A stretch of 64,000 bases of DNA from Planctomycetota bacterium (GTDB taxonomy: Bacteria > Planctomycetota > B15-G4 > SIAN01), in NCBI GenBank assembly GCA_031409275.1, contig JANNXA010000009.1:32001-96000 (forward strand), given 5' to 3'. How positions within the stretch are numbered: the first letter of the stretch is position 1; each line of letters starts with the position of its first letter. Position numbers and translations under genes: made by a program. The notes beneath the pieces are model-generated. The model did no database searches. It had not been told where the DNA came from and saw nothing but the letters and a program-made list of their open reading frames with translations. Shown here piece after piece: positions 1 to 8,442 of this stretch.

Positions 1-80
1 CAGCTCCATCCGTTGCGGCACCGGACCGGCTCCGATCTGCCGGAGGAGTGGTGCGTCTTCGTGATCGGACGGCGCTGACG

Positions 81-1226
81 ATGGAACCGCAGAGTGGGCG
101 CATCGACCTGGGCAGCGAGGCGGCATCCGGCCGTTTCGATGGCGAACGTTGGAGCGCGACACCGAGCGTGCTGCGCGGCGGCGTGCGCGAGGGCGTCGCG
201 GTCGTCGAACTGCGCTGCGGTGATTGGCGCTGCATCGTCGTGCCCACGCGCGGAATGGCGATCTGGAAGGCGTGGTGGCGCGACGTCGAACTCGGCTGGC
301 AGGCGCCCGCGGCGGGGCCGGTCCATCCGACGTTCGTGCCGCTCGCCGAGCCGTCGGGCTTCGGCTGGCTCGACGGCTTCGACGAGCTGCTCTGCCGTTG
401 CGGGCTCGAGAGCAACGGCGCGCCGGAGTGGGACGCGAGCGGGCGGCTGCGCTACGGGTTGCACGGCCGCGTCGGCAACCTGCCCGCGCACACGCTGCAG
501 CTCTCGATCGATGCCGCGACCCGTTCGATCGCGCTGCACGGCATTGTCGACGAGACGCGCCTGTTCGGGCGCAAGCTGCGACTCGAATCGACGACACGCC
601 TCTTCCTCGACGTGCCACGCATCGACGTGAGCGACGCCGTCACCAATCGTTCCGGCGAGGCGACCGACGCGCAGCTGCTCTACCACATCAACTTCGGCGC
701 TCCGCTCGCCGTGGCTGGCGCGCGGTTGCGGGCGCCGGTACGCGAGCTCCACCCGCGCGACGCGCGTGCGGCGGCCCGCTTCGACGAGTGGGACCGACTC
801 GGCGCGGCCGAGGCGCAGCGCCCGGAGGAGGTCTTCTTCGCGACGCTGCACGCTGACGACGCTGGACGCACGCGCGTGCTGCTCGAAGGCGCGAGCGGCA
901 CGCAGGGAGTGAGCCTCGCGTGGGACGCGACCGCGCTGCCTTGCTTCAGCCTCTGGAAGAACCCGCAGCTCCCCGCCGACGGCTGCGTCACGGGACTCGA
1001 ACCGGCCACCAACTATCCGAACGGGCGCAGCTTCGAAGAGCGGCACGGCCGCGTCATGCGGCTCGCCGCGGGCGCGTCGCAGCGCTTCGAGCTATCGCTC
1101 GAGTTCCACGCCGATGCGGCCTCGGTGGCGCGCGCGCGCTTCGCGATCGAAGCGTTGCAGTCTCGTGCGCCGGCGCATCTCCACTCCAAGCCGCGCGCGG
1201 ACTGGTCGCCTGCAGGAGGCGGATGA
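81..1226 (+). CDS. Aldose 1-epimerase family protein (DUF4432-like)
   Basis: Motifs VVPTRGM, GWLDGFDELLCRCGL, LHGRVGN, LLYHINFG and GLEPATNYPN are typical of the family. ATG at 81 is preferred over GTG at 48. Confidence 0.85.
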   Translation: MEPQSGRIDLGSEAASGRFDGERWSATPSVLRGGVREGVAVVELRCGDWRCIVVPTRGMAIWKAWWRDVELGWQAPAAGPVHPTFVPLAEPSGFGWLDGFDELLCRCGLESNGAPEWDASGRLRYGLHGRVGNLPAHTLQLSIDAATRSIALHGIVDETRLFGRKLRLESTTRLFLDVPRIDVSDAVTNRSGEATDAQLLYHINFGAPLAVAGARLRAPVRELHPRDARAAARFDEWDRLGAAEAQRPEEVFFATLHADDAGRTRVLLEGASGTQGVSLAWDATALPCFSLWKNPQLPADGCVTGLEPATNYPNGRSFEERHGRVMRLAAGASQRFELSLEFHADAASVARARFAIEALQSRAPAHLHSKPRADWSPAGGG

Positions 1227-1259
1227 GGCGACGCGAACGCTGCCGGACGAGCCGGCCGT

Positions 1260-2849
1260 TCAGGTCGCGGGTCGACGACGGAAGCGCGCCCGAATCAGCA
1301 CGCGCTCGTCGCGAGTGGTCGCGGTCCAGAGCCCGAGGACGGCCGCCGGCAAAGTCACCACGACACCGCGCAGCAGGAACGTCAGCAGCGAATGGACGGG
1401 GATCGCGTCGGCGACCAGCGCGTCGATCGCTCCCATCGCCAGGATCGGCGGGACCGCCGCGCGCAAGGTGTCGAAGAGGAAGCGCTTCCAGTCGAGCTCG
1501 AGCTCGCGCAGCAGGTGACGAGGCTGCACGAAGCCCTGCATGATCGCGACCGGGATCAGCGTGGCGACGGCGACGCCGACCAATCCGTAGCGGCGCACCA
1601 GGTAGATGCTGAGCGCGACGTTGATCAGCGCCTCGACCAGCACGAGGCCGCCGAGGTAGCGCACCTCGCGCATCGCGAACAGCGCTTGCCGCCCGGCGCT
1701 CTGGCTGGCGCGGATCAACGTCGCGAAGCCCAGGATGGTGAGCACGACGGCCGACGTCGGGAAGAGCTCGCCGGCGACGAAGCTCGGCTTCATCCAGATC
1801 GACAGGAACTCCTGGCCGAGGAAGAGCATCCCGCCGGCGATCAGCGCGGCGAGCAGCGTGACGCCGCGCGTGCCGCTCCGCAGCAGTCGGCGCACATCGT
1901 CGATCTGGCCGATCGCGAAGCGCCCGGTGAAGTGCGGCGTGAACGACCACGTCACCGACTGCACCATCTGCATGAAGTACGGGATCAGCGTGGTCGCCGG
2001 GACCGCGTAGTAGGCCACCGCGACTTCGTCATGGAGCGCCTGCATGATCACGAAGCCGCTGGTGTAGAGCAGCACCGTGTCGCCGACGTTGACCAGGACG
2101 TTGAAGCCGCCGTAGGCGAAGAGCTCGCGTGCGGCCGCCTTCGTGCAGCGCTTGAACGAAAGCGAGAGCGACGGCAGGACGCGGTAGGCGCAGACGATCG
2201 ACGCGATCCAGCCCAGCACGTTGCAACCGATCGCGACGCACGCCAGCCCGATCAAGCCGTGGCCAGCGCGCAACACCCACCAGGTCAGCGCCGCGCGCAC
2301 CAGCACCTGGCTGATGCCGATGGCGTTCTGGATGCCGATGCGCTGCACGGAGTAGATGACGGTGCCGTAGAGCGCCATCGGGAAGGAGAGCGCGAAGCCG
2401 GCCCCCATCACCCAGACCACGATCCGCAAGGTCTGAGGATTGTCGAGAGCCGACTTCGTGTCGACGACGTTCTCGCCCGTCGCAGCCTTGAGCTCGTTGA
2501 TCCAGCGGTACCAATCGGGCAGCCGATCGCCGGCGAACCACGACACCAGAGCGGCCACCAGCGCCACGCCGAGCATGAGCGCCATCGCCGTGCTGAGCGT
2601 CTGATTGACTCGCTCCTCGTCGCGCTTTGCGTGGTACGTCGCGACGTAGTGACCGACTGCCGAACGGATGCCGACGTCGAGCAACCCGTAGTAGCCGACG
2701 AACGAGACCACCAGCGACCAGATGCCGTAGGCGCCTTTGCCGAGGGTATCGATCACGTATGGGGTCAGCGCGAAGGCGACGACGACGTTGATCGCGTAGC
2801 CGAGCGAGTTGCTGCCGACGTTCTTCAGGATGGTGCGAGAGGTGGACAT
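1260..2849 (-). CDS. Oligosaccharide/polysaccharide flippase (Wzx/MATE-like)
   Basis: About 14 hydrophobic segments. N-terminal ILKNVGSN..PYVIDTLG..YGIWSL..DVGI and C-terminal NVALSIYLV..YGLVGVAVAT match the family pattern. Confidence 0.85.
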   Translation of the reverse strand: MSTSRTILKNVGSNSLGYAINVVVAFALTPYVIDTLGKGAYGIWSLVVSFVGYYGLLDVGIRSAVGHYVATYHAKRDEERVNQTLSTAMALMLGVALVAALVSWFAGDRLPDWYRWINELKAATGENVVDTKSALDNPQTLRIVVWVMGAGFALSFPMALYGTVIYSVQRIGIQNAIGISQVLVRAALTWWVLRAGHGLIGLACVAIGCNVLGWIASIVCAYRVLPSLSLSFKRCTKAAARELFAYGGFNVLVNVGDTVLLYTSGFVIMQALHDEVAVAYYAVPATTLIPYFMQMVQSVTWSFTPHFTGRFAIGQIDDVRRLLRSGTRGVTLLAALIAGGMLFLGQEFLSIWMKPSFVAGELFPTSAVVLTILGFATLIRASQSAGRQALFAMREVRYLGGLVLVEALINVALSIYLVRRYGLVGVAVATLIPVAIMQGFVQPRHLLRELELDWKRFLFDTLRAAVPPILAMGAIDALVADAIPVHSLLTFLLRGVVVTLPAAVLGLWTATTRDERVLIRARFRRRPAT

Positions 2850-2971
2850 GGGGCGAGGAGGAAGAATGGTCGCCAATCGTGCAGTGTCAAGCGCGCGAGA
2901 CGAGGACTCCTCCAGAGTCGACGCGCGGTCAGCGGCGGCGGCTCCCTCGGGCGCGACAGGCAGGCGTCGCG

Positions 2972-3343
2972 TCAGAGCAGTCTCCAGGCGCTCTCTGGCT
3001 GCGCCTGGAGCGCGACATCGAGCTGCGTCGCTTCGACCCAGGTGAGCTCAACGCCGACCAGGTAGCCGCCTTCGACCCGTGCACAGCGCGCCACCCGGCC
3101 AAGCGCCGAGAGCGGCGGTCCACCGAACCCGCGCTCGATCTCGAGTGCCAGCGCGCTGTCGACGGCCAACTCGGCCTCGACGCGGAACGCAAGGCCCCCA
3201 TCGCTGAAGTCGCACGAGGTGGCGCCGCGCATCTCAGCGGCATCGATCGCCGCCGCTGGATGGTGTCCAGTCAGGTCGACCTGCTGCCAACGCACCTGGA
3301 GCGCCAGCGCTCTCCGCGGATGCTTGCGCCGCTCGATCGCCAT
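2972..3343 (-). CDS. PilZ domain protein (putative c-di-GMP receptor)
   Basis: ERRKHPR (RxxxR) and DFSDGG (DxSxGG) motifs, followed by GRVARC..YLVGVEL. Confidence 0.85.
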   Translation of the reverse strand: MAIERRKHPRRALALQVRWQQVDLTGHHPAAAIDAAEMRGATSCDFSDGGLAFRVEAELAVDSALALEIERGFGGPPLSALGRVARCARVEGGYLVGVELTWVEATQLDVALQAQPESAWRLL

Positions 3344-3465
3344 GAAGCCCCTCCGACGCCGCGATGGCGCCAAACGATGCCCCTCCATGAGCAAGATCGA
3401 CTGCGACGCCCGCGCCACTGCGCGCTGGCCTGCGCGCGATCAACGGAAAGCCTTGCGCCTCGACG

Positions 3466-4074
3466 TCAGCGCACCGGCGCGCGGTTCCGAGGGCCCTTGT
3501 CGATGACCACGGAGATGAGGTCATCTCCAGCGGCGACCGCATCGCGCGGCGAGCTGTAGCTGCCGTCCATCCGACCGTTGGGTCCCGCGGAGATGACGAT
3601 GCAGTCGCGGTCGTCGTCGTTCGCGAGCGGGTAGACGACGACGACGTAGCTGTAGCCCCACGGATCGGCGGTCAGCGGTTCGAGGTAGGGCCCCTTCCAG
3701 TTGGGGTAGCCCTCGCGCCCCGCCCCTTGCGGCCGGTTGGCGACAAGATGATCGGTGAGGTTGCCTTGGTGCTCGTCGGCGTAGTAGTAGGTCCGCTCGG
3801 CGATCAGGCCGGGACCGAGCAGGCGGTAGAGCACCCGCGGATCGCCACTCTTGCCACGGGTCGGCGGAAGCCCCGTATCGGCCATGAATCGGTGGATGCC
3901 GTCGGCGATGCGGGCCATCGCCTGGAGCGCCTCGTGCTCGGTGCGCCAGAGGTGCCAGGTTCGAACGCTCGGCAGAAGCAGCCCCGCCAGCATCACGACC
4001 AACGACGCGCTGATGGCCAGTTGGACCGTACGCGGTGGAAAGACGTCGGGTCGGCCGGAAGCCGGACGAGTCAT
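3466..4074 (-). CDS. GspG-like pseudopilin-domain protein
   Basis: N-terminal hydrophobic helix, then the GspG C-terminal signature NWKGPYL..DPWG..Y and ISAGPNG..DDL. There is no canonical G/FTLxE cleavage site. Confidence 0.7.
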   Translation of the reverse strand: MTRPASGRPDVFPPRTVQLAISASLVVMLAGLLLPSVRTWHLWRTEHEALQAMARIADGIHRFMADTGLPPTRGKSGDPRVLYRLLGPGLIAERTYYYADEHQGNLTDHLVANRPQGAGREGYPNWKGPYLEPLTADPWGYSYVVVVYPLANDDDRDCIVISAGPNGRMDGSYSSPRDAVAAGDDLISVVIDKGPRNRAPVR

Positions 4075-4487
4075 CAGCGGCTCCGTCGAAGGATGCTCAC
4101 GGTTCGGCTCGACTCCGCGACCGGCTTGATCCGATTCGGCGCGAGCCCACGATCGCGCTTTTGAGATCGGCTGGGTCGGTGCTGTTTTAGAACCTTTTAT
4201 AGTTCGGAATGCGATCTGTATCAGGAACATCCCGGACGAACGCACTGTTGACTTGCCGTTCCCCGGCGGAATCCTAAGCGCACTTCGTACGTCGCACCGT
4301 CCACAGCGCCCCACGGCTTGCCAGAACGGCTCCGAGGGGCACGCGATGAAGAAGCTGCTGCAGGGCGCTAGGCGAGCGCTCCGCAGATGGGAACGATCGA
4401 GCGCTCGCGTCCGGGTGGCGACCCGAACGCGCGGCGGCAGGCCGAGTCGTGCTGGCACGGCTCGCTGCATCGGGAGGAAGAAGCGTC

Positions 4488-4513
4488 ACGGTCCGGGCTC
4501 CGGGCCGTTTTTT
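4488..4513 (+). terminator. Hairpin plus T6 tract in the leader of the beta-barrel gene
   Basis: ACGGTCCGG-GCT-CCGGGCCGT followed by TTTTT, about 110 nt upstream of ATG 4624. Confidence 0.45.
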
Positions 4514-4623
4514 CCAAGCGCCCAGAAGGCGTGAAGGGCCTCGGCAATTGGTCGCGCGACGTCGCTTGGGAACCCACTCGGCGGACGTCGGGCCAAGGCA
4601 CTTTCGAAACAGGAGAAGAGTTG

Positions 4624-6144
4624 ATGCGTACGACAGGTGCGATGTCGATCCTGGCACTCGGTGCTGGATCACTGGCGTTCGGACAAGGCGTCCCGACGCG
4701 CGAACAGACGATCGCCGATCTGCAGAAGCAGGTCGATGCGATGCAGGCGCAGCTGCGGTCGCTGCAGAGCGACGCCCCGGCGACGAGTCTCGACACTCGT
4801 CTCGACGGCGCCGTCCGCAACAGCCCCGTGGAGGCTCTGCGTGAGCCGCGCCGACTGAACATCAGTGCGCCAGGGCTCGACGGGCTCGACATCAGCGGCC
4901 TCGTGCACACCCGCGCCGACTACTGGGGGAACTTCGACACCGGCGGCGGCAACAACGATGTCCTGTCGTTCGGCACCGAGGCGCAGCTCGCCTTCGATGC
5001 GCGCGTCTCCGAGAAGACCTCGGTCCGGTTGAACCTGCACTACAGCGACATCTGGGGCAGGGACACCCAGGGCGGCCTCGACAGCTCGACGGGCGCCAAT
5101 CGACTGACCGACGACACCACGACCGAAGCCGGCGGCAGCATCTCGGCGCAGGAGGTCTTCCTCCACGTCGGCGACCTCTACGGAACCGGCGTCGACATGA
5201 CGGCCGGCCGCCAGCGCATCGAGTTCGGCGCCGAGCGCATCCTCGGCGACGACGATTGGCGCCTCTCGCGGACCTCGTTCGACGGCTTCCGCTTCGACAA
5301 CGACCTCGGCGAAGCGACCGGCCGTTGGACCCTGGTGGCCCTGCGCCTCAGCGACAACGACAACAGCGGCGTTACCGATCTGCTGCCGAGCTCTCCGGCG
5401 GCCCCGGGCAACAACCCGGTCAACAACGCCGACCTGTACGGCTTCTACTACACCGTTTCGCCGCGCGACCTCGGCACGGTGGACGCGTACTTCTTCCAGC
5501 TCGAGGACTTCAACTACCCCGCCGGCATGGAGCGCACGCGCTTCAGCACCTACGGCGCGCGTTGGATGAGCCCCGACTGGGAAGGCCTCAACTTCGAGGC
5601 CGAGGGTGCCACGCAGTTCGGCGAGCTTTTCGGCAATCGGACGCACAACTACGGCTTCGGCACCTACGCGCTGCACGCGAGCGCGGCGTTCCGCCCGCAT
5701 GACGTCGAGTTCATCGACGGCTTCCATGCGTCCTACGACTACGCGTCCGGCGGCGACAGCCCCGAAGAGAACTTCGTCCAGCTCTATCCGTCGCTGCACG
5801 GCTGGTTCGGCGTCACCGATCTCTTCGGCTGGTCGAACATCCAGCACATCAACGTCGGCACCAGCTTCGACGTCGGCGAGGGCAACCTCGCCCTCGGCTA
5901 CCACTGGAACCGTCGCGCCTCGAGCAGCGCAGGCTTCGCCGGCTACAACGCCTCCGATGCCGGCGGGTTCGGCAACAAGGACCTCGGCGAAGAGCTCGAC
6001 CTCACCTACACGATGGAATGCACGAAGTCGACGACGGTGGGAGTCGGCATGGGCTACTTCTTCGCCGGCAACGGCTTCCACGACCTGACCGGCAACGCGG
6101 GCAACATGATGTACAGCTACCTGGCCTTCAGCACCCGCTTCTGA
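4624..6144 (+). CDS. Alginate export family outer-membrane beta-barrel protein
   Basis: RBS AGGAG, signal peptide, N-terminal coiled coil, motifs GRQRIEFGAERILG..W..RTSFDG, F.QLYPS.H.WFG..D and DLGEELDL, terminal Phe. Confidence 0.8.
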   Translation: MRTTGAMSILALGAGSLAFGQGVPTREQTIADLQKQVDAMQAQLRSLQSDAPATSLDTRLDGAVRNSPVEALREPRRLNISAPGLDGLDISGLVHTRADYWGNFDTGGGNNDVLSFGTEAQLAFDARVSEKTSVRLNLHYSDIWGRDTQGGLDSSTGANRLTDDTTTEAGGSISAQEVFLHVGDLYGTGVDMTAGRQRIEFGAERILGDDDWRLSRTSFDGFRFDNDLGEATGRWTLVALRLSDNDNSGVTDLLPSSPAAPGNNPVNNADLYGFYYTVSPRDLGTVDAYFFQLEDFNYPAGMERTRFSTYGARWMSPDWEGLNFEAEGATQFGELFGNRTHNYGFGTYALHASAAFRPHDVEFIDGFHASYDYASGGDSPEENFVQLYPSLHGWFGVTDLFGWSNIQHINVGTSFDVGEGNLALGYHWNRRASSSAGFAGYNASDAGGFGNKDLGEELDLTYTMECTKSTTVGVGMGYFFAGNGFHDLTGNAGNMMYSYLAFSTRF

Positions 6145-6190
6145 GCGGAGAGGCTTGCGCCGCGACCGCCGCGGCGAGACTTGATCGCAC

Positions 6191-6229
6191 GACCCGGCGG
6201 AGGGCATCACGCTCTCCGCCGGGTCTTTT
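6191..6229 (+). terminator. Rho-independent terminator
   Basis: GACCCGGCGGAGGGC-ATCAC-GCTCTCCGCCGGGTC followed by TTTT, directly downstream of the porin gene. Confidence 0.85.
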
Positions 6230-6276
6230 CGTTTCGGCCGCGCTGCAGCCTCAACGCCCAGCTGCGCCCCGAACGG

Positions 6277-8442
6277 TCAGCGCGGCGCGCCTTCGCCGCG
6301 AACCTGCGGCGCGATCACCAGGCAGCCCGCCGGTCCGAGTTCGATCTCCATTCGTTCCGGCGACGCTTCGGTGGCGCGCCGAGCCGTCGCATCGCCACGC
6401 AGATCGACGCGCGCGCGCAACGAGCCTTCCAGCGAGAGTCCGAAACGCTCGCGTCGCAGGAGCCGCGGCGACGGGACGATGAACCACTCGCGCTCCCCGC
6501 CGCGCCGTCGCTCGCGCAACTCGACCCGGCCGATCGCGGACGTGTCCACCACCGGATAGGGCCACGCCACCTCGCGCCGCCCCAGCCATTCGCGCAGCGC
6601 GGTGGCGGTCGCCGCCAGTGCCGCCCGCGCTTCCTCCGGCTCGCCGCGAACGCAACCACCGATGCGCGCGTCGAGGTAGAGCGTGCGCCCTTCCGCCAGC
6701 AACCGCTCGAAACCGATCTCGCTGCGACGCGTCCCGGGCCGCGCCGCCAACGCGTCGCCCTCCGCCACGGCGAGTCGCAGCGGCGGCCGACGTTTCGCGT
6801 CGATCGCGACGCTTCCTTCGAGATCGGAGAGGGTGCGGCCCCCCTTCCGCTCGACGCCGAACAACCGCGCCAGCGCCTTTCCATCGCGACCGCGCAACTC
6901 ACCGTCGAAGAGTGCTGCGTGCGCATCACCGATCAAACTGCCCCCCGCCGCCACGAATCCCTCGAGCGCGGCGACCAGTGGTTCAGCGCACGCGAATGCC
7001 TCGCTCAGCACCACGACGCAAGCGGCAGGCGACGCAAGCGCCTCCGCCGGCAACCCGTCGCGCTCATCGAAGAAGCGAAACGGCATCCCGAGCGCCAGCA
7101 GCAGCTCGACCCAGCCTTCGCGAGCCGCAGCCGTCGAGGCGTGATCACTCTCGTAGGAGGTGAGCCGGTTGGGCCAGGTGCGACCGTCGGCCCATGAATC
7201 GACCATCCAGCCGGCGCGCGCGGCCGCCTGGCTGAACGCGATGAAGACGCGCGGCGGCGCCGCGGCGGTGACTCTCTGCTGCGCGCGCAGTTCGCGAGCC
7301 AACGCCACGAATCGGGCCAGCTCGCGTCCGGCCGCGGTGAGTGCCGCGCCTGGATCGTCCAGCAGCGGACCGCTCGACCACGCCACGACCCCGTCGTCGC
7401 CGCGCGCGACGCGAGCGAGCAGTTCGCGCGGCTGCCAGTCGTCGCGCGGCTCATCGGGCACGAACAGGGTCGAGAGCAGCCTGGCCTCGGGACGTGCCAG
7501 CGAACGGACCAGCTCCGGGGCCGCGCCCGTTTCGTACGGCTCGTGGAGCGTGAGCGCCGGGGCCAGCCGCCCCCAATCGAAACCACCGAACGCCGACGGG
7601 AAGCTGCCTCCCGTGAAACCGATCGCAGCGCCCGGATCGAGCTCGTTCACGCGCGCGGCCAGCTCGACGAGGCGACCGCAAAGCGCCGCTTCCATGAACT
7701 CGCGGTGGGCGTTCCACGCGGCGAGGTTGAGCCGTTCCAGGGCGACGTCCTCGGCGGCGGCGCGCGCCTCGCCGGTGGTCGGCGGCACGATCGCGCCGAA
7801 GTTCGGCCAACGGCTTTGCCAGCGCGCGTTCAGTTCGTCGACGTCGCCGTTCCGCTGCGCGAGCCACGTGCGAAACGCCGCCAACGTCTCCGGCGCGAAG
7901 CAGTAGTCCATCGGGTTGACGCCGCGAGTCACGGACAGCTCGTCGTCGAGCACGTAGGCGAGCGGCGATGCGGCGCGATGGCGCTGGGTGCCTTCGTTCA
8001 CGCGATCGAGCAGACGGGCGGCCAACTTCGGGTCGCACAGGCCGCTCGGTCGCTGCGGCCGGAAGTGCAGTGGATCGTCTTTCAGGCGGGCACGATCGCG
8101 TTCGAAGACGGGAGGCCGCAGGAAGAGGTCGCCCTTGCCGGCGAGGTGGTCGACATAGACGTCGAGGCCCGCCGCGTACGCTTCGCGCGCGTCATCGCTC
8201 GCTTCGACGTTGCAGCCGCCGAGGCCCGCAGCCGTCAGCGTCGCGAACGGCAGTGGCCCGGGTGCCGGCCCGCCGTGGAACCAGACGAAGACCGGGAAGC
8301 GGCTCCAGCGTTCCTCGCGAGTGCGTGCCGGTGCGGCGGTCGTCGCCGCTTCCTGCGGCGCGGCGTTGGCGTCGACGGCGCAAAGCCAGATGCCGATGGC
8401 GACTCCCGTTCGAACCGTTCGCGCTCGAGCGTGACCCGTCAC
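6277..8442 (-). CDS. GH42/beta-galactosidase-like glycoside hydrolase with trimerisation-type domain, probably secreted
   Basis: CFAPETLAAFRTWL..GDVDELNARW..F..IVPP is a GH42-type motif. VVLSEAFA..LEGFVAAGGSLI resembles the trimerisation domain. The GTG start overlaps the helicase stop codon. Confidence 0.6.
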   Translation of the reverse strand: MTGHARARTVRTGVAIGIWLCAVDANAAPQEAATTAAPARTREERWSRFPVFVWFHGGPAPGPLPFATLTAAGLGGCNVEASDDAREAYAAGLDVYVDHLAGKGDLFLRPPVFERDRARLKDDPLHFRPQRPSGLCDPKLAARLLDRVNEGTQRHRAASPLAYVLDDELSVTRGVNPMDYCFAPETLAAFRTWLAQRNGDVDELNARWQSRWPNFGAIVPPTTGEARAAAEDVALERLNLAAWNAHREFMEAALCGRLVELAARVNELDPGAAIGFTGGSFPSAFGGFDWGRLAPALTLHEPYETGAAPELVRSLARPEARLLSTLFVPDEPRDDWQPRELLARVARGDDGVVAWSSGPLLDDPGAALTAAGRELARFVALARELRAQQRVTAAAPPRVFIAFSQAAARAGWMVDSWADGRTWPNRLTSYESDHASTAAAREGWVELLLALGMPFRFFDERDGLPAEALASPAACVVVLSEAFACAEPLVAALEGFVAAGGSLIGDAHAALFDGELRGRDGKALARLFGVERKGGRTLSDLEGSVAIDAKRRPPLRLAVAEGDALAARPGTRRSEIGFERLLAEGRTLYLDARIGGCVRGEPEEARAALAATATALREWLGRREVAWPYPVVDTSAIGRVELRERRRGGEREWFIVPSPRLLRRERFGLSLEGSLRARVDLRGDATARRATEASPERMEIELGPAGCLVIAPQVRGEGAPR

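Noticed and set aside
4164..4190. Sigma-28-like promoter on the minus strand (TAAA-N14-GCCGATCT)
   Set aside because: The spacer is one base shorter than the consensus and there is no independent support.
4452..4470. Sigma-54 promoter (TGGCACG...TGCA)
   Set aside because: The GG-to-GC spacing is 11 nt rather than the strict 10 nt.
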